The notes under the pieces: model-generated
What the model saw: only the letters and a program-made list of their open reading frames with translations
What the model was told of the DNA's origin: nothing
Database searches by the model: none
Shown here: positions 9,631 to 19,375 of the stretch, in pieces
Layout of the letters: every line of letters begins with the position of its first letter
How positions within the stretch are numbered: the first letter of the stretch is position 1
Translations under genes and position numbers: made by a program
Source of the DNA: an uncultured Candidatus Saccharibacteria bacterium
GTDB taxonomy: Bacteria; Patescibacteriota; Minisyncoccia; Phycocordibacterales; UBA2100
Reading direction: 5' to 3'
Length of the DNA stretch: 64,000 nt
NCBI GenBank assembly: GCA_964424265.1
Contig: CAYRHX010000001.1
Location: 128,498-192,497 of the forward strand

Positions 9631-9703
9631 TCCGTCTGCCTGGACTCGAACCAGGAACCCCAGAGGTATAAGCTCTGTGCTCTAACCATTGAGCTACAGA
9701 CGG
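9631..9703 (-). tRNA. tRNA with anticodon UAU (putative tRNA-Ile reading AUA); C1:G72 first pair
   Basis: Reverse complement CCGTCTG-TA-GCTC-AATGGTTA-GAGC-A-CAGAG-CTTATAC-CTCTG-GGGTT-CCTGG-TTCGAGT-CCAGG-CAGACGG-A is a perfect 73-nt cloverleaf. U33/A37 present. CCA not encoded. Confidence 0.7.
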
Positions 9704-9722
9704 GCGAAGGTCAATTATAGTG

Positions 9723-10880
9723 CTAGCGAATGACTTTTGCGACCGCTGGGGCGACGCGCTTGTCAAACATGTCGGGGACGATCTTGTCTGCCGTTGGCTT
9801 TTTGATGAGTGATGCGATCGCGCGCGCTGCCTTGAGTTTGATCTCGGTAGTGATCTTCGTGACCTTGTGATCAAGCGCCCCGCGGAAGATTCCGGGAAAC
9901 GCAAGCGAGTTGTTGATCTGATTTGGGAAATCGGATCGTCCTGTGCCCACAACCATCGCCCCACCCCTCTTCGCTTCTTCCGGCATTATTTCGGGAGTTG
10001 GATTCGCCATCGCGAGCACGATCGCTTTCTTCGCCATAAGCTTTATATCTTCGGCTTTTACGAGATTTGGGCCCGACACACCGAGGAGCACGTCTGCACC
10101 CTTGAGCGCGTCTTGTAGATTTCCAGTGATGCCCTCGGTATTGAATGTGGCGAGTTCTTGTTTATGAGCCTCGGGCCTCGAAGATTCTAGTATTCCTTTA
10201 CTATCGAGCACTACAATCTTAGTGGCACCTGCAGCATGCAAAAGCCCCGCGGTCGCGGCTCCCGCCGCTCCCGCACCCAAAATCACAATCCGCGCCGATG
10301 CGATGCTTTTGCCAACCACCTTAAACGCATTGATGAGCGCAGCCAACACAACAACAGCAGTGCCGTGTTGATCGTCGTGCATGACGGGAATGTCGAGCGC
10401 CTCGGAGACGCGTCGCTCAATCTCAAAACACTTCGGCGCATTTATATCCTCAAGGTTGATCCCACCAAATGCGGGGGCGATCGCGATCACTGTCTCAATG
10501 ATTTTTTCGGTATCTTGTGTATCGAGAACAATCGGGAACGCGTCGACACCAGCAAACGTCTTAAAGAGCGCCGCCTTCCCTTCCATTACTGGCAGTGCGC
10601 CAAGCGCACCGATATTTCCAAGACCAAGTACAGCTGAACCATCAGAAATCACCGCCACCATGCGACCCTTAATCGTGTAATCACGCGCTTCCTTGGGATT
10701 TCTCGCTACATGCATCGAAACAGCCGCGACACCGGGCGTATAGACGAGCGAAAGGTCGGCTCGATTGCGTACGGGCGCCGCCGGCATGATGCGAATCTTC
10801 CCCCCAAGCTTTTTATGGAGCGCGAGAGCCTGTTTCGAGACATCCTTTCTTGACCTGAATTTAGTCGAGCGGTTCGCCAT
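9723..10880 (-). CDS. NAD(P)-dependent malic enzyme (small type)
   Basis: 385 aa. N-terminal region LSLVYTPGVAAVSMHVARNPKEARDYT... and Rossmann GAGAAGAATAGLL characteristic of malic enzyme. Confidence 0.85.
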   Translation of the reverse strand: MANRSTKFRSRKDVSKQALALHKKLGGKIRIMPAAPVRNRADLSLVYTPGVAAVSMHVARNPKEARDYTIKGRMVAVISDGSAVLGLGNIGALGALPVMEGKAALFKTFAGVDAFPIVLDTQDTEKIIETVIAIAPAFGGINLEDINAPKCFEIERRVSEALDIPVMHDDQHGTAVVVLAALINAFKVVGKSIASARIVILGAGAAGAATAGLLHAAGATKIVVLDSKGILESSRPEAHKQELATFNTEGITGNLQDALKGADVLLGVSGPNLVKAEDIKLMAKKAIVLAMANPTPEIMPEEAKRGGAMVVGTGRSDFPNQINNSLAFPGIFRGALDHKVTKITTEIKLKAARAIASLIKKPTADKIVPDMFDKRVAPAVAKVIR

Positions 10881-10902
10881 TCCGCCAGTGTATACTAAAC
10901 GA

Positions 10903-11994
10903 ATGGTGAATCAAACAACCATCAAAAAGCCTTTCGACTCGCACCTCCACCTCCGCCAGGGCTCGATGCTCCGCACGGTCACGCCGATTTCGGTCGCGAA
11001 ATTTGCCTCCGCGATCATCATGCCCAATACCGAACCACCCATTGAAACGGTAGAACAAGCCGCGGCATACAAAAGAGAGATCCTTTCGGCATGTGAATAC
11101 GGCAGTCAGACTGCCGTATTTGAGCCGCTCATGACGCTGTACCTTACGAAGAAACTCACTCCTGCTGAAATAGAAAAAGGTGCAAGTGGTGACGGTTGCA
11201 AAATCTATGGCGTGAAGTCGTACCCATACGGCGCAACGACCAACTCTCAGTGGGGCTATCGCGACATTCTCGAAGCTGATGAGGTGCTGCGCGCGATGGA
11301 AAAAGTCGGCATGCCTCTTCTTCTACACGGCGAGGTGCATTTGAACGATCATAACGAGGAAGAAGATCCTTACGATGCCGAGAAACTTTTTATTGCTGAT
11401 ACCTTGCCTCGCCTTTTGGATACGTATTCGAGACTCAAAGTATCGCTCGAACACATGTCGAGTGCCGAGGCGATCGACTTCATGGAAAAGAATGGCGAGG
11501 CAGGAAAATTGGTAGCGACGGTCACGCCGCACCATCTTCTGTACGATCGTCGCCACGCATTCTCGGGCGGCTATCGCGCACTTTTGCACTGTAAGCCACT
11601 TGTGAAAACAGCCTATGATCGTGAACGTTTGCGCGAGATGGTAAGAAAAGGATTGCCCTTCGTCTCGGCGGGCACCGACAGCGCGCCGCACCCAGAATCA
11701 AAGAAATTTTCATCGTGCTGCGCATTTGGTGTATTCAACTCCCCATCGGCAGTCGAGGTATACACACAGATTTTCGATGAGCTAGGGTGCCTCGACACAC
11801 TCGAAGCATTCCTCTCGATCAACGGACCAAGCTTCTATGGCGTTGCGCCGTCAGAGGAAACAATTACACTCGTCAAAAAAGATTGGCAGATCACTCAGCC
11901 GGTCGTCACCGACCAAGGAGTCAAAATCTGGCCCATGGGCCACGTGGAGCACGGCCTCGGCAACGAGACGGTTAGCTGGCAGATTCAAAAGTAA
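10903..11994 (+). CDS. pyrC: dihydroorotase (type II, homodimeric)
   Basis: FDSHLHLRQG, PNTEPP, MPLLLHGEV, GTDSAPH motifs. Strong similarity in layout to E. coli PyrC. Start moved to MVNQTTIKK to avoid overlap with the divergent malic enzyme gene. Confidence 0.85.
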   Translation: MVNQTTIKKPFDSHLHLRQGSMLRTVTPISVAKFASAIIMPNTEPPIETVEQAAAYKREILSACEYGSQTAVFEPLMTLYLTKKLTPAEIEKGASGDGCKIYGVKSYPYGATTNSQWGYRDILEADEVLRAMEKVGMPLLLHGEVHLNDHNEEEDPYDAEKLFIADTLPRLLDTYSRLKVSLEHMSSAEAIDFMEKNGEAGKLVATVTPHHLLYDRRHAFSGGYRALLHCKPLVKTAYDRERLREMVRKGLPFVSAGTDSAPHPESKKFSSCCAFGVFNSPSAVEVYTQIFDELGCLDTLEAFLSINGPSFYGVAPSEETITLVKKDWQITQPVVTDQGVKIWPMGHVEHGLGNETVSWQIQK

Positions 11995-12032
11995 CGCAAG
12001 GGGCGAAAGCCTCACAACACCACCCAGCGAAT

Positions 12033-12143
12033 GGGGCGGGAGAAAGTGCTTTGACAGAGACTTGCGAGCGCGGCGGCGCGAGCACGAGGAATTTTTCAGC
12101 AGAAAAATATCCGTGCTCTGGAGAGGCACTTTCTCCCGCCCCT
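12033..12143. repeat. hairpin repeat element copy 2 (diverged) inside a 17-bp perfect inverted repeat; likely bidirectional terminator between convergent pyrC and ftsH
   Basis: GGGGCGGGAGAAAGTGC ... GCACTTTCTCCCGCCCC arms flank the GAGGAATTTTTCAGCAGAAAAATATCCG core. Confidence 0.55.
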
Positions 12144-12153
12144 GAGCACTCCC

Positions 12154-14085
12154 CTACCCCTGATGCTCAATATCCTGCTTCTTTTTTGGTGTAATGCCGT
12201 GCGCGATGAGAATCTTCTCAAATTCTTCTCGCTCAAGCGTCTCCACTTCTACGAGCTGCTGCGCAATCGCATTGAGCGCGGCCCGATGTTTTGCTATCAC
12301 CGACTCCGCTTTCTTGTACGAGCCAGAAATTATTTTCTTTACCTCAGAATCCACGGTCGCCGCTGCCTCTTGCGACTGCTCGTTGCCCTCAATACCACTA
12401 CCAAACATGGTTCTACCCTGGCTCGCTTCAAATGCCATCGGCCCCACTTTGTCGGACATGCCGTAGCGGGTCACCATATCGCGCGCGAGCGCGGTCAATA
12501 CTTGCAAATCATTTGAGGCGCCGGTAGTGATGTCGCCAAACACAGTCTTCTCAGCGATGTAGCCACCGAGCGCGACAGAAATGTCATCGAGAAATTCTTT
12601 GCGCGACTGCATCTTTCTGTCTTCGAGTGGCAGCTTCAATGTGTAGCCTGCGGCGCGCCCACGCGAAATGATCGATATCTTGTGCACCGGATCAGCGTAT
12701 GGCAATACAGACGCAATGAGCGCGTGCCCAGCCTCGTGATATGCAGTAATCTCTTTTTCCTTCTTATTGAGCACGTGGCTCTTGCGTTCCGGCCCGAGCA
12801 TCACTTTTTCAATTGAGCGAATGAGGTCGTATTGTGTGATCTCGGTGCGATCCTCGCGCGCCGCGAGAATTGCCGCTTCGTTCATGAGGCTGGCGAGATC
12901 GGCTCCGGAAAATCCGGGTGTTCGCTCCGCTATCACGGGAAGCTTAACATCAGCGCCGAGCGGCTTTGAGCGCGCGTGCACGCGTAGTATCTCTTCGCGG
13001 TCTTTGCGATCCGGAAGATCGATCGTCACACGCCTGTCGAAACGGCCCGGACGCAAAAGGGCCGGATCGAGCACATCGGGTCTGTTGGACGCAGCCATCA
13101 CGATCACTTTTTCATTCGGCTCGAACCCGTCCATCTCTACCAATATCTGATTGAGTGTCTGCTCACGCTCGTCGTTGCCACCCCCTACCCCGGTACCGCG
13201 CACGCGGCCCACCGCATCGATCTCATCGACGAAAATGATAGACGGCGCGGCTTTCTTGGCGGTCTGGAAAAGATCGCGGACGCGCGATGCACCCACTCCC
13301 ACAAACATCTCGACAAACTCTGAGCCCGAGATTGAGAAAAACGGCACGCCCGCCTCCCCTGCTACCGCCCGAGCGAGCAAGGTCTTCCCAGTGCCTGGCG
13401 CTCCCATGAGGAGCACTCCCTTCGGGATTCGCGCACCAATCTGAATGAACTTCTTGGGATTTTTCAAGAAATCAACGATCTCAGAGAGCTCGGCTTTTGC
13501 CTCCTTCGCTCCGGCAACATCGGCAAACGTTACTTTCTGCACTTCGTCTTCTGGATTCACCAATCGCGCCATTGATCGCCCAAACGTGAGCGCTTGCATT
13601 CCGGCCCCCTTCATCTGTCGCGAGAGATACCAAATCACGCCAAAGAGAAATATGATGGGCACGAGAATCGGCAAAAGCGTAAGCGCCCAAAAGCGCACAC
13701 CGCCCTCGTCTTTTATCTCAATCTTCACGGCCGACAATTTCGCAGGGGTAAGGCTGTAGTCTGAGAGCGTCTGCACGAGAGAGCTCTCTTGTTCTTTGCG
13801 AGAATTCTTTTTTATCTCATCCTTATATATCGCTGTAATCGCGTCTCCCGCGAGCTCTATAGAAACAATATTGCCCGCCTCAATATCTGCGGCGATCTGT
13901 GAAAGAGGGACTTCCTCTGGAGGATTTTCGAAATATTTTCTCGCATACGAGTATCCAAAAGAAAGAACCAGGAACACTGCAAATGCCGCCGCCAGCTGCA
14001 CCCATATCGACGGGCCGGCCCCGGGAGTGGGCTCTTTCACATCTTTCGCCTTCTTGCGGAAATCTTGTTTTCTTGGTGGTGTCAT
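12154..14085 (-). CDS. ftsH: ATP-dependent zinc metalloprotease FtsH
   Basis: 643 aa. N-terminal TMs; AAA Walker A GAPGTGKT; SRH; zinc motif HEAGHAL. Confidence 0.9.
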   Translation of the reverse strand: MTPPRKQDFRKKAKDVKEPTPGAGPSIWVQLAAAFAVFLVLSFGYSYARKYFENPPEEVPLSQIAADIEAGNIVSIELAGDAITAIYKDEIKKNSRKEQESSLVQTLSDYSLTPAKLSAVKIEIKDEGGVRFWALTLLPILVPIIFLFGVIWYLSRQMKGAGMQALTFGRSMARLVNPEDEVQKVTFADVAGAKEAKAELSEIVDFLKNPKKFIQIGARIPKGVLLMGAPGTGKTLLARAVAGEAGVPFFSISGSEFVEMFVGVGASRVRDLFQTAKKAAPSIIFVDEIDAVGRVRGTGVGGGNDEREQTLNQILVEMDGFEPNEKVIVMAASNRPDVLDPALLRPGRFDRRVTIDLPDRKDREEILRVHARSKPLGADVKLPVIAERTPGFSGADLASLMNEAAILAAREDRTEITQYDLIRSIEKVMLGPERKSHVLNKKEKEITAYHEAGHALIASVLPYADPVHKISIISRGRAAGYTLKLPLEDRKMQSRKEFLDDISVALGGYIAEKTVFGDITTGASNDLQVLTALARDMVTRYGMSDKVGPMAFEASQGRTMFGSGIEGNEQSQEAAATVDSEVKKIISGSYKKAESVIAKHRAALNAIAQQLVEVETLEREEFEKILIAHGITPKKKQDIEHQG

Positions 14086-14149
14086 GAAGGCGCATTATAC
14101 ATAACGAAAGCGTGAGGGAAAGAACGCGCTCACAGTGTATAGTGTCTGA

Positions 14150-14593
14150 ATGACCGTCGTAGAAAACAAAAAGGTCGGCTTTGATTACACAATCCTCGAG
14201 GAGATGGAGGCGGGTTTGGAGCTGCTGGGGTTTGAAGTGAAATCACTTCGCGCTGGCCACGGCTCGCTCAAGGGTGCGCGTGTGGTCGCTCGCGGCGGCG
14301 AGGCCTATTTGGTGGGCGCTACGATCCCCCCTTGGCAAGTCCTCAATGCCCCAAAGTCCTATGATCCCGAGCGAACGCGCCGCTTACTCCTTTCGACCAA
14401 GGAAATAGCTCACGTAGCCTCTGCGGAGGGCCAAAAAGGGTTGACAATTGTGCCTTTAAAGGTATATAATAAAGGGCGAAAACTGAAGCTTCTGATCGCG
14501 ATTGCGCGTGGTAAAAAGAAAGAGGATAAACGCAGCACGCTCCGCGCCCGCGACGAAAAAAGAAGCATTGAACGTACGTTGAAAAATGCATAG
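14150..14593 (+). CDS. smpB: SsrA-binding protein SmpB
   Basis: 147 aa. N-terminus KKVGFDYTILEEMEAGLEL. Gene sits directly upstream of a tmRNA gene. Confidence 0.9.
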   Translation: MTVVENKKVGFDYTILEEMEAGLELLGFEVKSLRAGHGSLKGARVVARGGEAYLVGATIPPWQVLNAPKSYDPERTRRLLLSTKEIAHVASAEGQKGLTIVPLKVYNKGRKLKLLIAIARGKKKEDKRSTLRARDEKRSIERTLKNA

Positions 14594-14685
14594 CCGCCGT
14601 TTCCAGCCGGTCCCCACTCACGACTCTCGCGGGTCTTGCCTGCAGAAGCGAAAGCTTCTTGCGTGGCGCGTTAGAGTCGTGAGTG

Positions 14686-15072
14686 GGGGGTGACTGGCTT
14701 CGACAGGAAATTCAGTGTGCCTGTGGGCGATGCGGAAGTGAGTGACTTCCTTAAAACACTCAAATCTAAGTGCAAACAAAACTGCACGGGGGATCCTCTC
14801 TCCTATTCAGGCGAAGGATCTCGGCCTCGTTTTCGCTTAATCGCCTAGACGACCGTTCGCTCAGTTGACATCCGATATATTGATGCGAGCGTCATAAAAT
14901 TCGGGTCCGATCTTCGCTTCACTCCGAGCGATGATCTAAAGAAAGAGAGTTCGGCTACGCGTTATCTTGTACGTTCTCGAGACGCATGGCCTAAACCAAA
15001 AGAACGTCCTACGCATCGTAGAATCGCTTTCACATCATTTTCTGGACTCGGGATCGTTCCCCGACACCTCCA
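14686..15072 (+). ncRNA. ssrA: tmRNA (SsrA), one-piece
   Basis: 5' GGGGGUGACUGGCUUCGACAGG matches the tmRNA consensus. 3' T-arm-like stem-loop plus acceptor CACCUCC pairing with the 5' end. Internal tag ORF from GCA at 14772 gives ANKTARGILSPIQAKDLGLVFA*. Located after smpB. Confidence 0.75.
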
Positions 15073-15082
15073 CATTAGTCCA

Positions 15083-15120
15083 AAATAGCCCGCTTTAGCC
15101 CAAGTGGGCTATTTTGTGTA
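15083..15120 (+). terminator. rho-independent terminator after ssrA
   Basis: Hairpin AAAATAGCCC...GGGCTATTTT followed by a T-rich tract. Confidence 0.5.
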
Positions 15121-15477
15121 ATAGCTTGATTTATTCTTCTTTTTAGATAAGTATTCCTGTGCGGCTTGAAGACCATGCTACTGAGATGTGGCGAAAGGCA
15201 CTGAAAATCGGGTGTGTCGTTCCGAGTAGACCAGATCGAAAGGAAGACGGCGACACTTAGACATGGGTTAGCAGCCCACCGATGCGCCTTAGGGAGAGCC
15301 GTTCCAACAAAGGAGGTGCGACGCTGTGGTAGTTTCGCACGAGGGGCACCCGCTTGGTGCCCTTCGTCTTTTCAACCTTTCACTTTCACAACAACACCAA
15401 GGGCAGACATAAATTCATCAACGGAGCTGCCGTAAATAATCTGCGGCAGTAGCGTTTTCCAAACTCCCCGACTATCT

Positions 15478-15575
15478 CCACTCGATTCGGCCATGAAATG
15501 GCCTCGCTCGTGGCAAGCCACCACGACTCGTCGACCGCCCATCAAGGGCGGTTTTCGCGTTGCCGAATCGAGTGT
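15478..15575. repeat. structured ~100-nt element closed by a 12-bp stem (CACTCGATTCGG/CCGAATCGAGTG) with internal hairpins; its 5' ~60 nt repeated at 15960-16005
   Basis: Direct repeat CCACTYGATTCGGCCATRAAATGGCCKCGCTCGTKGCAAG flanks the GIY-YIG gene on both sides. Confidence 0.5.
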
Positions 15576-15610
15576 CCCGAGCAACGTCGAGGGACTGGTA
15601 TTATTTATTC

Positions 15611-15877
15611 ATGTACTTTGTCTACATGATCCAAAACGTCCACGGCGATCTCTATGTCGGGATTACTGACAGCCCCGAACAGCGCCTCAAGTATCACAAT
15701 CAGCAACGTGGGGCTCAATTTACAAAAAGGGTCCCGACATTCGAGGTTGTATTCCTCGAACACTACCCGACCCTGGCTGCGGCGCGTAAGCGGGAAGTCC
15801 AAATCAAGAAGTGGCGCCGAGACAAAAAAGAAATACTGATTGAAAGGTACCAAAAAGGTTTAGAAACAAAAAAATAA
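15611..15877 (+). CDS. GIY-YIG nuclease-domain protein (YhbQ/UPF0213-like, standalone)
   Basis: YVYMIQNVHGDLYVGITDSPEQRLKYH = GIY-YIG motif. ~89 aa. Start chosen at MYFVYMIQ; the ORF opens at 15560. Confidence 0.7.
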   Translation: MYFVYMIQNVHGDLYVGITDSPEQRLKYHNQQRGAQFTKRVPTFEVVFLEHYPTLAAARKREVQIKKWRRDKKEILIERYQKGLETKK

Positions 15878-16071
15878 ATTCTCACATTCTTCCATTCGAC
15901 CCACTGCGTTCTCTCATGATAAACCATATTCCGTTTTGCCGGCAGTCGTTCATTAGGTTCCACTTGATTCGGCCATAAAATGGCCGCGCTCGTTGCAAGA
16001 CACCGCGCAGGATAACTCTTCCCTGCTCCGTCGACACTGACACCTTCATCGGGGAGTGTTAATATTTCGTT

Positions 16072-16959
16072 ATGGAATCAACGCACGCATCTACCCCACC
16101 AATACCCCAGACCGCATACGTGCTTATTGTCGCCGGTGCTGCTGCAGCTGGCGCATTGGCGGGCGTTGTCGTGATGGATTTCGTACAAGACTCGATGTTG
16201 CGGGGCCCAACTTTCGGAGTCCCCTATGCATGCAACGTGATCGGTGTACAAGTGCACGGCACAATCGTGGGAAGCGTGGCCGATATCCCGATCATGGACT
16301 TTTTGCAAACATACGACGAGATGGGGGTGTCTACAATCACACATCCTAATTACACGGTTACCAACGAGGTAGAGGATCGCCTCCGATACTACAGAGAGGA
16401 TCCAACTATACGAGGACTACTTATCGACGTGCAATCGAGCGGCGGCGGAGTGGTGCCAGGTAATGAGCTCGCGAGTGCGTTTAAGAATTTTGGTAGACCC
16501 TCGGCTGCTGTCATCCACGAGATCGGCGCGTCTGCCGGCTACCTTGCGGCAGCGTCAGGAAATATCGTATTCGCCGCAAAGGGATCACTCGTCGGCTCTA
16601 TCGGCGTGACCAGTTCATACGTCGACAACGTGCGACAAAACGAAAAGGACGGGCTGACATTCAATCAGCTGAGCTCTGGTCCGCTCAAAGATACATTCAA
16701 TCCAAACAAAACCCTCACAAAAGCGGAGCGCGATCTGATAATGGCCGACTTGAAGATCTTGCGAGACAGCTTCGTACAGCGAGTCGCTGATTTTCGCGGC
16801 AAGACGTATGAAGCAATCGATCAGCTTGCCGATGGTTCCACACTCCTCGGCAACGCAGCACTTGAGAAGGGCCTGATCGATAAAATCGGCGGCACCGATG
16901 ACGCGATAGCATATCTTGAAGAACAAATCGGCGAGCCCGTAACTATTTGTTGGCAATAA
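16072..16959 (+). CDS. sppA: signal peptide peptidase SppA (S49 family)
   Basis: N-terminal TM. ClpP/crotonase-fold motifs LLIDVQSSGGGV and EIGASAGYLAAASGNIVFAAKGSLVGSIGV (Ser nucleophile context). Confidence 0.8.
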   Translation: MESTHASTPPIPQTAYVLIVAGAAAAGALAGVVVMDFVQDSMLRGPTFGVPYACNVIGVQVHGTIVGSVADIPIMDFLQTYDEMGVSTITHPNYTVTNEVEDRLRYYREDPTIRGLLIDVQSSGGGVVPGNELASAFKNFGRPSAAVIHEIGASAGYLAAASGNIVFAAKGSLVGSIGVTSSYVDNVRQNEKDGLTFNQLSSGPLKDTFNPNKTLTKAERDLIMADLKILRDSFVQRVADFRGKTYEAIDQLADGSTLLGNAALEKGLIDKIGGTDDAIAYLEEQIGEPVTICWQ

Positions 16960-16985
16960 GTCTAGGTTGACGGGCACCATCCTCT

Positions 16986-18293
16986 TCACCCCACCTCCCC
17001 CAAGCTTGGAATACCCAAGCGGCGGCGGGAGGTTTCGCCTTTAAAAAGGGTGCGTGTGCGCTCAGGTGTGTCTCCGCGATCGCCAAGGTACGCACCGAAG
17101 CGCATGGCATCAAAGCTTGAACCAAGAAAGACAGCATGCTTACCATACCGACGCGAGATATTATCGACACTCTCATACACCTTTTTTAGCCCTTCTGATT
17201 TTAGTACCGACCCGAAGAGATCGAGTTGCGCACTACCCGCGTCGTGCAATTTCATGAGGGTGATGCCGGTCGCACGGTACTCCGTGCGTTGTCGAAAGAC
17301 TTTTGGAAAATACTCGGATACCACTTTCAAAATATCTTGCGGCACTGAGGTCGCGTGCGAGAGTTTGATTTCGTATCCGTGATACCGAAAATCTTGTGTT
17401 TTGAGAAAAAAGAATATTTCGCGCGTCGCGAGGTTCCACCGACGCGCCTTGATGCAAGCATTCTCGACATTTTTAGAAAGCTGAGAGAAGACGAACTGCA
17501 GATCGCGCGATGGCGGCGTAAACGTTTTGGTTTTTTGGATGGATTGGTAGCTCTTGCGCCCTGTTGTGTCGAGCTCATATACCACTTCCCCATTGATCTC
17601 CCGCCATATTTCCACGTAGGGTTTCGAGAGGTTTGCGCGCACCCACTCTTCGTCTTTGCGCGCAAGCTGAAGCGCGGTGCGTATGCCAAATTTCTCGAGA
17701 TACGCGGCCGTATTTGATCCAATACCCCACAAGTTGATACACGGAGTTTTCGCGAGATACTGCTCTGCGTCGCGTAGCGGAATAATCGTGAGCCCCGCGG
17801 GCTTCTTCCACTTAGAGCCAATCTTTGCCAACACCTTCGTGGCAGAGACACCGATGGAGAAGGTCATGCCGAGCTCGCGTTCGAGATCGCGCTGCATCGC
17901 TTCGGCGATTTTCGGATATGGCATGTGATGCACGCGCCGGAGGCCCGTGAGGTCAGCAAAACATTCGTCGATCGAATATTCTTCGACCGCGGGCGTGTAA
18001 CGGCGCACGATCTCATACATCCGATGCGAAAAGAGACTGTACGTCTCATAATCCGACGGCAATATGATCGCATCGGGACACGCCTTCAGCGCCTCGCGAA
18101 GCGAGACTCCACGCTTCACCCCCCTCGCCTTTGCTTCGTACGTGCACGCCGATACAATCCCCCGCTCTTTCCCCGTGATCACGGGCTTTCCTCGTAGACT
18201 CGGATTTTTCGCAACTTCGCACGACGCAAAAAAAGAATCTCCATCGATGTGCAAAATCGCTCTTGGTAGCGAATGTAAGTTTCCCCAGGACAT
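16986..18293 (-). CDS. dinB: Y-family DNA polymerase IV
   Basis: ILHIDGDSFFASCE (catalytic Asp motif), SIDECFADLTG, little-finger domain. 435 aa. Confidence 0.85.
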   Translation of the reverse strand: MSWGNLHSLPRAILHIDGDSFFASCEVAKNPSLRGKPVITGKERGIVSACTYEAKARGVKRGVSLREALKACPDAIILPSDYETYSLFSHRMYEIVRRYTPAVEEYSIDECFADLTGLRRVHHMPYPKIAEAMQRDLERELGMTFSIGVSATKVLAKIGSKWKKPAGLTIIPLRDAEQYLAKTPCINLWGIGSNTAAYLEKFGIRTALQLARKDEEWVRANLSKPYVEIWREINGEVVYELDTTGRKSYQSIQKTKTFTPPSRDLQFVFSQLSKNVENACIKARRWNLATREIFFFLKTQDFRYHGYEIKLSHATSVPQDILKVVSEYFPKVFRQRTEYRATGITLMKLHDAGSAQLDLFGSVLKSEGLKKVYESVDNISRRYGKHAVFLGSSFDAMRFGAYLGDRGDTPERTRTLFKGETSRRRLGIPSLGEVG

Positions 18294-18393
18294 ACGTACA
18301 GTGTTTTGACTTTTACGAGTTGTCTAGTATTATTCCTGTACAAATGCCTTCGGGCTTGCCCTTCTCGAAAGAGAAGGGAGAAAGAGGAAGCCG

Positions 18394-18786
18394 TTAGAGC
18401 ATGTCTCTGACGGCTTTTCTCACACGATCGAAAATATCTTCTTTCATGTTTTCAATCTTACGGTCCAGACGTTTCGTATCAATGAGTCGTATCTGAGAAA
18501 TGATAGCGGATGCTTTTCGACTTCCTACCGTCCCAATAGGGACATAGTACTGATTCCGTTTGGCAGAAGTTGTAAGCGGCACAACAAGACAAACCGAACG
18601 ACTAAAAGCTTTGAGAACCAATACTGGCCTGGCTCGGTGCAAGCCCGACCCATCTTGTTCGAAACCAACATTTACACCAAGCTGACACCAGCGAATATCG
18701 CGCTCATGATACAAGAGCACATCACTACGAACATTGATTCTCTTCTTCTGTTCATTCCACCCATCAAAATCCTTCTCCATATTCAA
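18394..18786 (-). CDS. PemK/MazF-family endoribonuclease toxin homolog
   Basis: ERDIRWCQLGVNVGFEQDG..RARPVLVLKAFSRSVCLVVPLTTSAK...SQIRLIDTKRL aligns with Kid/MazF conserved blocks. Start codon overlaps the lexA stop (ATGA). Confidence 0.7.
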   Translation of the reverse strand: MNMEKDFDGWNEQKKRINVRSDVLLYHERDIRWCQLGVNVGFEQDGSGLHRARPVLVLKAFSRSVCLVVPLTTSAKRNQYYVPIGTVGSRKASAIISQIRLIDTKRLDRKIENMKEDIFDRVRKAVRDML

Positions 18787-19361
18787 TACTTCCGCACAAC
18801 CGCCGTGACAACAGCTTCGACGCGAAACGATTCTTTTGGATAGATCGGTTTGTATTTTTTGTTGGCAGGCTCTAGGTAAAAATCATTACCTTTTTTACGG
18901 AGGTATTTCATCGTGTATTCATTATCAACACTTGCGATAACGATTTGCCCCGGTTTGTATGAGGCTTTGCGCTCTACGATTACCATATCCCCTGGCTGAA
19001 TGCCCGCATCAACCATCGAATCACCCTTGACCTTGAGGATGTAGCTCGACTCTTTGTTGGGGGTGAGGTATTCGTCGAAATCTATGACGTCAAGAAGCTC
19101 CTCTTCCGCAGGCGAGGGAAATCCCGCTTCGACCAAACCAAGGAGCCGAGACCCCCTATCAAATAATCTGGCAAAAGAACCGGGCGATAACCTTCCTCGC
19201 GCATCTTTTCTGACCACTCCATCCTCGACAAGTTTACCGATAAATTTGAACACAGCGTTCTTGGATCTAAAACCCGTGAGTGCCATGATCTCTTTGTATC
19301 CGGGCATACGCCGATGCTTCTCATAAAACGCCGACAGTTTGTTTTTATATTCCTCATACAT
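18783..19361 (-). CDS. lexA: LexA repressor (wHTH + S24 peptidase)
   Basis: 192 aa. Blocks RMPGYKEIMALTGFRSKNAV, LGLVEAGFPSP, KVKGDSMVDAGIQPGDMVIVERK (Ser nucleophile) and the catalytic Lys region. Collinear with E. coli LexA. Confidence 0.9.
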   Translation of the reverse strand: MYEEYKNKLSAFYEKHRRMPGYKEIMALTGFRSKNAVFKFIGKLVEDGVVRKDARGRLSPGSFARLFDRGSRLLGLVEAGFPSPAEEELLDVIDFDEYLTPNKESSYILKVKGDSMVDAGIQPGDMVIVERKASYKPGQIVIASVDNEYTMKYLRKKGNDFYLEPANKKYKPIYPKESFRVEAVVTAVVRKY

Positions 19362-19375
19362 TACTTTCAGTGTAG

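Noticed and set aside
10765-10902. 5' extension of the pyrC ORF overlapping the malic enzyme gene
   Set aside because: The conserved dihydroorotase sequence begins at MVNQTT.. (10903). The extension overlaps a divergent gene and has no homology.
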